A stretch of DNA of 20,000 bases from Catajapyx aquilonaris (lineage: Eukaryota): NCBI GenBank assembly GCA_000934665.2, contig KZ538399.1:54969-74968 (forward strand), written 5' to 3'. Shown piece after piece: positions 1-9,400 of the stretch. The position numbers and the translations under genes were made by a program. The notes beneath the pieces are model-generated. The model worked only from the letters and a program-made list of their open reading frames with translations. It ran no database searches and was not told the origin of the DNA. The first letter of the stretch is position 1; each line of letters starts with the position of its first letter.

Positions 1-1218
1 ACCTTCTCAATGGATGAAGAAATCATTCTGGTTCTCAGGTTTTTCCATTCCTTGCCCCATATATTTCCATGACACTCACACACATTTGCTTGAATTAATG
101 GATATTAGTGCCAGACTAATATGATGCAGATTGGGAAGATAACAGATGGTGTCCAGATCTAGAAATTTCTGAACTCTCCCTGTCCGTGGTTGTAATAAAA
201 CTCTCAGTCGATTGCTTCTTTGTATTCAGGCGACTAATTCTTGTAAGTCACCCTCTCACATTCATACAAGGAAATTTTTGCAATTTTAGCTGCCTACATG
301 ACCATAGAAATAGAAGGGCGAAGAAAACTTTATTTGTCATCATAATTATGACAAAAAAGATTCGTGTGTGACTTCAATCATGAAGGAAATTCAAGGCAAA
401 ATCATCAGGATCAGTTCAAACTTATCAGCTGACAATGGCCAATTGGTGGTGCGAATGCTGGTTCCTACAGGTGCAAGGTGCAGACAGTGTCATGGAGTGG
501 CTGAGAAATCTTGCAAGCAATAGACCAAGTTTGCTGTTGTTGAAGTCTGGGTTCTCTCAACTTTGCCAGAACCTAGTGAAGTCATGGTGTAAAGGTGTAT
601 GGCATAATATTTATTATACCTAATAACAGCATTATAAATATACTGTTATAGATAACTAATGCAGACGTTTATGATTTTACTGTACTTTTCTGGCATAAGA
701 ATAATGGACAGCATACAAATTGTGCATAATGATACTGCAATAATTACCACACTAATACTGTAGGCCTACTAGTAATTCAGTTAGCCAAATATTTTCGTGA
801 ATCCCTTTGCCTTTGGCTATGGGACTCCTGGGGCTCTTCAGGCCATCACACTGGTTGACGACCATCTACTTATTAGAAGTGAGTTTCTTAGATTCATTTT
901 TCTGTACTTGCATGTTGACAAAGTGAACTCAGGTATTGTGAGAGAAGGGTGACTGATCAGAGTGTTATGGATGGCCTAGCCAGTGGGCCCTGCATCCTAA
1001 GCGAAGGGTGACTGAGGTGATATGCAGGTGGCCATGAGATAATCACGAGCCTACTCTCCATGCCCCCAGGTGGGTAGGGGCAAGGTAGGGGCTAATAGAA
1101 AATCCACTACTCTACAAAATAAGTTGGATGCACCTCATACATACATACTGTAATCTGACAAGAATGAGAGGGAAGCCTGGCTATTTACATTGGCAATTGG
1201 TATGCATGCACACATGTA

Positions 1219-1521
1219 CAGGGGCGGATCCAGAACTTATTTGTGGGGGGGCACAAGGGTATATGTGGGGGGGAGGGGGCGAACAGGGCCCGTCGCAGGC
1301 GAAATTTTTTTTCGGTTTAAGGTCACAACCCTTCCTCGCGACCCCAAAGGGGTCGCCACCGCAAAATGGAAAAGAACCCATAGAACAGTGCAATTTTGCA
1401 CTGTTCCAGAGGGTTTTCGCGAGTTCCCCCCCGTTAAAAAAAAACGGTTTTTTTCCCTCTGGGGGAGCTCCGGGAGGGGCACGTGCCCCCGTGCCCCCCC
1501 CCCCCCCTAAATCCGCCACTG
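1219..1521. mobile_element. Non-autonomous hAT-type MITE (family A, copy 1)
   Basis: Termini CAGGGGCGGAT...ATCCGCCACTG; 8-bp TSD cacatgta (1211-1218) / cacatcta (1522-1529); interior similar to 15693-15878. Confidence 0.85.
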
Positions 1522-1533
1522 CACATCTATGTA

Positions 1534-1673
1534 CTATGGGGCTCAAATTGTTTTGGCCACTTTATCCTGGTCTTGAAGCAACCCTTCACACATACACCTG
1601 CTCAACGTGGGGCCTGTGCGAAGGGTTGCTTCATGACCAGGATAAAGTGGCCAAACCAATTTGAGCCCCGGAG
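1534..1673. mobile_element. Short TA-flanked foldback MITE (family B, copy 1), Tc1/mariner-type
   Basis: About 55-bp TIRs ctatggggctcaaattgttttggccactttatcctggtcttgaagcaacccttc and its near reverse complement; TA on both sides; second copy at 10102-10232. Confidence 0.85.
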
Positions 1674-3202
1674 TACTTCATTTCCTTTTACACCATTTTT
1701 TTACACCAGCAATATTTAATTTTGAATGCTGCTGCCTCACACCCTCTCGCTTGAGACTTTCTGCCTTCAATAATGATCGATATGCCCAAGCTAATGTTGA
1801 AAGGCACATATATAATTGGATATTTTGGAGCCCCAATCCAATATTATTGCTAGCGGTTTATATGTACACCACGCACCAACTTCCCAAAATTAGGCAAAAA
1901 TTAGGCAACATTGCGAAAGTGGAGAGCGAGAGAGACGCAGACCAGGCAGCGACATCCGACGGCGAAGTAAGCAAGTCGCCACCCTGGAGGTGGCGCCCCG
2001 CGGCTGGAACGGCGTTTATGGGAACTCCGTGGAAAGGTCGCGATGGTTTTTTTAAGGCGGTCGGCATTTTTTGCGTTTTATAAATTCCCCGGACACTATT
2101 TCCAAATAACGGCAAATGTTTATTGCAAATATAGAAAAGGCGGGCTAAATTTTGACATCACTCCCAATGCTGTACGCCGTACACAGCGGGAGGAATCGCC
2201 ATCACCGTATAGGGTGAAAGCTCTCATTTTTTGTGGCTATAATGTAGTACTTATACATAAACCCAGATGTTTGTTAGTGTTCCTGGAACCGAAAAAGAAA
2301 ATAAATTACTGCCTCTTTTGCAGTTACCACGTAGTTCCAAACGAGAATGAAAAATATACTATGCTCTGCAGTCGATTTTTTTCTAAGTTGGTTGTTTGAA
2401 AGCAGTTATTTTTAGACTAATATTAGTAGTATTGTACTGTACAGCATGCTGTACAGTATATTGAGCAATAATTCTGGACCTGGATTGCAATGAATTTCCA
2501 AGCCGTAATTTCACTAATTTGACTCACTGGCACCTGAGGCCAATGGCTGAACCCATTTTTCTTCAGCCTATCCGCCTAAAATTAGAAGCCATAATTTTTG
2601 ATAGCCTCTAAAGTAACGTTATGATAACTATATGAAACAATAAGCAGTTTAGTGCGAAAAATCTCGAACTGAAACTGACACTCAATATTGTAATATAATG
2701 TATCTATATCTGACCATTAAAATGCAATGAAAATTAAATATGCACGTAGCTGATTTGAGATGGAATTTGTCCTAGGAATATGCTAAATAACCATTTTGCA
2801 TGTGGAAAGCTGATCATACCATCTGGCTGAGTTATATTTTGCAAGTGATTCTTGTGAGGCATTTGAATGCCGTGATTGATGTGCCAGGGGATATAGATGT
2901 AGACATGGAAACAGTGGACCCATAATATTCTAGTCTGAAAATAAAATATTCAATTTGACCCAGATAATCTACTCAGACAGCTGTATCCCTCATTCACCCC
3001 TATCAGTTTGTGTGTGTGCAGAAGTGGCAACACTCGGATTCAGGGATGACTGCAGTTTTCAGGTTTGAGAAAATAGCACTGATCTGCAAAGGGCCCCAGG
3101 GCGGGAACTGGTACCTACCGTAATTTACCGCCATTATTTATGCATAGCATAGGACTCAAAGGGTACAGTACAGTGCCAATACTACGTCAAGTAGATCAGA
3201 CT

Positions 3203-3290
3203 ACACTACATACCACGAATGTAGTGTGGACAAATATTATATACGCGCTACGCTACACGCGTTTATAATATTTGGTGTGGATGCACCACA
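3203..3290. repeat. Two adjacent short hairpins, probably a MITE remnant
   Basis: acactacat/atgtagtgt (3203-3227) and aaatattatatacgcg/cgcgtttataatattt (3232-3273). Confidence 0.4.
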
Positions 3291-3671
3291 TTTTAATGAT
3301 TATAAATTGTTTATAAAAATTTTCCCCAAACTCCCATATGCTTTATAACCGGCCAGGCAGTTTGCTTCTCTACTTGTTGACCCGTTCCCATCTACCCGTC
3401 TGCGGCAACTGCGGAAATAAGGGGGAAAATGCTTTTATGCCTTGTGACGTGTTCAGACTGCAGGTATGTATTAATAATGTTCTTAGTGCCAGTTCAGTGG
3501 ATGTGATCTTTTTCCTTCATGTCTCATAGTGAATTGAAGTGTAGCCTAAGATACCGGTACTCTATCTGTTCTCCTTGAAATCGATTCATGTCACACTTTT
3601 ACAGAATGCTATGGCTCAAACTTCCTTTTAAAAAATGCGTGCATTCCTGTTATTGTTATGATATGATCTAA

Positions 3672-3919
3672 AGTCCGTTAAACGAAAGAACGACTTGACA
3701 TCGTTTTGTTTACCGACTCCTGTAGTCGACGGAAATCTGCCGAACGCACCTCTGGTCCTCTGGAAAATTCCACTTTTCCTGTTTCCATGGAGATGTCCTC
3801 ATCACCGTCTTCATACAACAATATGCCAACAATTGGTCCAGAGGTGCGTTTGGCAGATTTCCGTTGACTAGGAGTCGGTAAACAAAACGATGTCAGATCG
3901 TCCTTTTGTTTAACTGACT
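3672..3919. mobile_element. Foldback MITE, PIF/Harbinger-like
   Basis: About 90-bp inverted arms (agtccgttaaacgaaagaacga...gcacctctgg / ccagaggtgc...gtttaactgact), flanked by TAA and TTA. Confidence 0.75.
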
Positions 3920-4714
3920 TTACCACCGGTTTACTCTTTTGATTTCAGTTGTTTCGGCATTTTTAATACAGTAGCCTGTAAATTTCTCCACTTACAGTAA
4001 TAATCACGTATATTAGACTGCAATGCAGCTTCATTATTATCAACAAAAAGAACGGCTGTGACCTTGACAAAATATTGTTTGTTAAAAAGTGATCAAAAAC
4101 TGGACATGATTGGGAAGTGATCTGAGCTAGTTAACTCCAGTAGGCTATATTGCTTCAGTTGACACAGATGTACGGTGAGTACTACAATTCACCAGCTTTA
4201 TCAGATTGAGTAGAATCGTTCAAAACAAACAAAGAATTTATTGTCAACGAGTAAGCTCATTACACTCCAGCCCAGACTGTTTACTCTTCGGACAAAAATT
4301 CTGGTTCGTACATACCGGCCAAGTGTTATGGAAGCCTTTATTTTTTGATTTTAAAAATAGATAATATATTATGGGATTCATGAGCTTTGGCACACTGTTG
4401 TGCTACTCCTTTTCAGACTTTCGCACCCTGCGACCTCCCCTCATTACTCGGCTATGATTTTCCTTATTATTTCCTTTATTACAGTGGTGTCTATTCTGCA
4501 AAAAATACCCGTAATATTAAGAATAATAGCTTTGTTTTTTTCGTGCGGGGTTCGTGTATTTGTCAATAAAAGAATTATTTTTTTCATATTATTTTTCCAA
4601 CAATAATCGTAGCAATTTTTTATGCGAATGTATGGGACGCCAGATTTTGGAACACTCAAGTTTTTAGTGGAAAGGGTTCATACTACGATAGTAGCCTATA
4701 CTGTGAACGAAATA

Positions 4715-5010
4715 ATAAATAATAATAATAATTCATACCCCGTTATCAGCCAACGGCTCTTTAGGGATTAGGGGGGAAGTTTGTTTTGCCTGGAACTCTT
4801 TGCTTTCATTTTACTGTGCTCTTTGGGATAGGATAGGGACGGAAGGAAGCGGCTGTGGCCTATTAATTACGGAAGCAACTCCGGAATTTTCCTGGAAGGA
4901 CCGTGGGAAACCACAGAAAACCACGATCAGAGTTGCCGGCCCCGGGATTTGATCCCAGGTCCTCCCGATTAGCAGTCGGGCACCATATCCCCTCCTCCAA
5001 ACTGCTTTGG
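4715..5010 (-). mobile_element. tRNA-derived SINE (Talua-like body)
   Basis: Perfect 18-bp TSD tatactgtgaacgaaata (4697-4714 and 5011-5028). The minus strand has B-box-like GGGATCAAATCCC, body GTGGTTTTCTGTGGTTTCC...AGGCCACAGCCGCTTCCTTCC and a (TTA)n tail. Confidence 0.88.
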
Positions 5011-5798
5011 TATACTGTGAACGAAATATTAAGTTAAAGCTGGAATGTATCTCTAAAAAGTTTGTCATATGAAACAGGGGTCGATGTATTGCGAGTTTTC
5101 GATCTTCAAAATGTAGGAGTTAGGTGGAAAGTGTAGTGTTATTTTCATCTTAATATTTTCTTGAGAGGTAGATGCAGTTCCAAATTTTCGAGTTTCAGGT
5201 GGTAATCCTGGCCTGCCTATATTGTCGCTGTGAGAATGTATGTAGATGAATTTAATTTCATATGAACATCTTCATCAACGAAGATCAGGTGTCGAGGATG
5301 GCATGGCATCATATATTCCGAAAACGATCGTTTTGCCGTCACGATTTGTATTTGGTGTGGATCAATAATACGAGAGTGACTTATTTGTTGAATTGGGTTT
5401 AGCGTGATGTGGCGGGAAGAGGTAGTTGAGTCACAACTGTACACCTGTAAGAGCGACCCCCTACCTGCCCCCTATGTCCAGTCCATTTAAACGTCAGGGA
5501 CAATTAGCGACGAAGGCGGGCAATTCAAAATAGCTTTATACTGCCCAAGACTCGCAAAAATATCCGCAAAATGTCTATAATTCCACCATGTAGTTATGCA
5601 GCTCCTATGGGTTTTGTGCGAAGAGCAGGACGAGTCGTCTCTCTATCCAGCATTGCCGAAGACTACCAGCGCTCCCGCTCTGCTCATAGTCAGGGGCTAT
5701 CGATCTGCTACAAATTCCGCACTGCTCCTGCCCAGAAACCGCGCTGTGTCGGATTCCACCGATGTAATCTCCATTTCCTTTCCTGGACGTAAGTTCCA

Positions 5799-5916
5799 CG
5801 CCATTTTAGATCCCATCATTAATATAAAATAACTTGGCGGCCAATGTCACCTCATTGCAGTCGGCCAAAATATGCCCTCATATATTCATGACGCACTGCG
5901 GTTGACTATGACGTGA
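5799..5916. promoter_or_regulatory. Putative proximal promoter of the formin gene (YY1/Pho-like CGCCATTTT; CRE-like TGACGTGA)
   Basis: Motifs at 5799-5807 and 5909-5916, just upstream of the GC/CpG-rich first-exon region; motif match only. Confidence 0.3.
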
Positions 5917-6302
5917 CAGTGTACAGTCAGAGGTGATGCTTAAAATAAATATTGCTCTGCCGCATAGTCAAAATGAGATTGGCAGTGGACTCAATATGGT
6001 CATTTCCAGTCTTGTGCAGTGTGGGTGTGGTGGAGGCGGTGGGAAGTGGTGTTGCGACGGCGCGTACGTCGCCGATAGTCGGCACCCAGCCTCAGCATCG
6101 CCAGAAGGACTGGGCGTCGGAGGCGTCGCCGTCGCCGCATCCTGAACGGCGCCAGCCCTTTGGCGCCAGCAACTACAGGCGCCTCATCTGTCCCGTGCCA
6201 TTCAGCTCCAAGAATGGCCAGCAACACTGTCTTCCCGAGGTCAGCTGTGACCACCAAGAAGACAAGGATGACGACGTTTTCCAGGACATCCTAGAGTCGA
6301 AG

Positions 6303-6433
6303 ATGGGTAATCAGCAGGGGAAGGACAAGAAGGCCAAAGCGGCCGAGAAGGCCGCTGCTTCGACACCAACCGGACCACCCGCGACAACCCCATCGAAGGA
6401 GAGCCCCAAATTGGGCCGGTTCTTACATCGCCG
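6303..6433 (+). CDS. capu: Formin/capu coding exon 1 ([16 protein letters not shown]...GRFLHR)
   Basis: ATG at 6303 in good context (AAGATGG); donor CG|gtaagt at 6434; phase 2. Confidence 0.85.
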
Positions 6434-9400
6434 GTAAGTCATCTGGTCCACCCCAGATCGATTCGTGTCTAAGTTATTTATGCGTAACCGCGCTATGTTT
6501 GAACCCTTAGTGGTTCCAAGAAGTCCCCAGGTCGGGGCGCCTCCAGCACCACTCCTGCCAAGCGTCTGGCGCCACCACCACCCGTCTCGGCGACCTCCAC
6601 AAGCACCCGTAGCAAGGGCAGCACTGCCACAGTTACCACCAGCAGCAGTGGCGGGAAGGTTGTGACCACCGATTCGTGGCGGCAGGTGCAACGGCTGACG
6701 TCACAGCCGGAAGGGGCTCTCGAGGCTGCCGCCGCTGCTGCCGCTGCTGCCAGACCTGCTGGTGGCACCGAAGAGGAAGGTGATAGCGTGGTTGGTCCTG
6801 AAGAGGTGGTGCTGCTTCTGGCCAGCCCGGACCAGAGCAACAGCACCACCTCCGAATCGGGCCCTTTCACCGACCCGCAGGCGGGTCCACCCCCGGGCAG
6901 CCTCTCTGGCAGCTTCTACTCAGATACCAACACCAGCAACCATCAGGTGGCTGAAGAGGTGGTGGCCGCTTCAGAGGAGGACGAGGACGAAAGGAGGACT
7001 CCAACCCCGGGCACTCCCGATGACCTCGGACACTATGAAGAGGCGAAGGAGGAGGCGGATCAAGAGGGCAAAGAAAAAGGACCTCAGCATCACCTGAAGC
7101 GAGATAAGACCAAGAGGGTGAGTGGAATCCCCCGACCTCCACCTGTTTTTTTTATATAATATTACGTGCGATGCGATTACCTGGGAACGGAGCCCAGTCC
7201 GTTTTCAACTCGGGACGTTCACCCCTGGAAGGTATGAATGACCCGGACCAAGTTTGTCACGATCAAAGGATTTGCCTAGAGTCTACCCAACGTTTTTGAC
7301 AAAACAAAATACCAATGGCATAACAACAATGATCCGGGAACTATGTATGCGTTGCTATTGACACCTAAGTCCACATTCAAATTGCAGAGGAAGCTGTCTA
7401 GAACACATGTGAACTCCTCCAAAAATGGGACAAGTAATGGCATACCTGACTCCTGTCGAGGTGAGATCAGTAATGTAGGGTGCAGGAACTAAAAATACGC
7501 TCGAGTCAGCTGGTGCGGAAACGATATCGGTATTGAGCATATGTCAGGGTATGGGTTCTCTGATAACTGATGTCCTTGGGGGAATTCGGGCCGGATTTGT
7601 CGAGGCGCTTCTCCGGAGCTGATTCAGGTTTGTGATAGGGACTTTTAAATAATTATTTAAATAATTATTGACGATGGGCGTTGGTACACTCGTGTATTTT
7701 TGCTGGCGATTGTACAGTGATACATTTTGGTGATGATGTCGATGAGTTGTACGGCCTTGGCTGAATTGGGAATACCAAGGACGGAACGCCCTAATAGCGC
7801 TTTGAGATTCGCCCATGCAAGTCACTCTTTGGAAAGCTATCAGTCAGAAAGTGCATCTTGAATCGTGTGTTGTTCGAGATGGTTCCTGCCATCAGTTTCA
7901 TCGGGGTTGCACCAGATGCGACCCTGGAAGACTTTATTGCGGCCTTGGAGATGCAGAAATCCGGGCTGATACATGCCAGAATCCAGGTTCGTAGATAGGT
8001 CCGGTTGTATAGCCTACCACTGCCAGCTGAAAAAGTGACAGGAAAAGAATTTAAAAAATATATATTGACAAGAATGAAAATGTTTCACGGCAACATCTGT
8101 TGACTTAGTTCCGGAAGTTTGGACGTACCGAAATATGGACGATTTCAGGGTGACGTACCCCCAGACAGACCGATCGCGTGTAAGATATCGCCTCGTATCT
8201 TTTTTTAAAACCCGTCCGCCACCGGCGCTAATTCGAATCGCATTATCCCAGGTCACGATCTGGCGTGTTGTTTCTCGTGAACAAAAAGGACAATATCTCA
8301 GCGATGACCTGAATATCTCCCCGACAACTATCGAAATCTCCGATTCGAGTTTTCGTTATTTCCCCATTTTGATAATGGATTGTCCTTATTTGCACAGGAA
8401 GCTGCAGATCCGGAAGAGGAACAGTTTGAGGACTACTCTGGTGACGGCCTAGAAAGCCAAGGGTTGTCCGAAAGCAGCCAGGAGTTAGACATGCCAAGCC
8501 CCGGGTCCGCCCCGAGGCAGGCCCGTCGCTTGTCCACCCCGAGTGGTGGGAGTCACTCATCAGGCGGTGCCTTCACCCTGACCAGAAGACGTAAGGTGGA
8601 GATCCCACCTCAGAATCTTCCTGCTGCGGTCAACTCCCATTCCTCATCTTCTACGGATGTGGGATTCAAGAAGGATCTGGCCCTTAGCCAGCAATGTTTG
8701 GTGCAAGGTATGATGGCCTCGGGGCGTGTCTAGCATGCGAGCTGGTTTGAGCCCGTGACGAATCCTAAAGAAAGGGAGGGTTTGACACCAAGTTTCTTAT
8801 CATGTATGTTGGCGTGAGTTGAGCAGTTGTATAGGGAGGGTTTTAAAAAAAGAAGCATAATGAAGAATGAGAGGTAATAATCCGGTCATGGTTTCTCGCA
8901 CGCCGTTTGCGTCAAAATCGAGATGCGTAACGAGGAATGCTCTCGTTTCCTGCCCGAATCCAGTCCGTGAAGAGGGGCCAAAAACAATGATATTACAGAG
9001 GCAAATTGAATAAGGATGGTTAGAAAACGACGGGTGACAACATTGCACTGTAGGCTACGGACACAGGCGCGGGAATAATAGCGGCGGGATTTTTTGTTGT
9101 TGTCCGGAATGCCTCAGGGTATCCAATATATGGCACACAGGGACAGGGTGGTGAATTGCCGAAGTTTCCAAACCAGTGGAAGTAGGGGAGGATATGATTG
9201 TTTCTTGTGCTTGCTGGTGGAAATCACTCTTTAGTATGAATTTTTAAATAAATAAATAAGAAAAAATCCCCATCCTTACCCCCATGTCCTTTCATCCTTG
9301 CATCGGAGTTAGAAGAAAAATCAGAAAATTGAAGGAAAAGGCGTGGTATCCCCCCCCCCCCCCCNCCCCCCCCCCAATAAGGGCCTCTGGCCCTATCACG

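Noticed and set aside
1128..1719. Several overlapping ORFs of 78-178 aa, some Pro- or Gly-rich
   Set aside because: They fall on GC-rich MITEs with homopolymer runs and show no protein-family signal.
1983..1998. CTCF-like motif (another near 9942-9957)
   Set aside because: Short degenerate matches of a kind common in transposon interiors; not supportable without ChIP data.
5696..5804. Short minus-strand ORF starting AAAATGGCG, a possible divergent gene
   Set aside because: Only 35 codons with no convincing downstream exons; better explained as a YY1-like motif.
7212..8160. Weak inverted match gggacgttcaccc / gggtgacgtaccc, possibly an old TIR element in intron 2
   Set aside because: The match is short and imperfect, with no TSD and no recognisable transposase motif.
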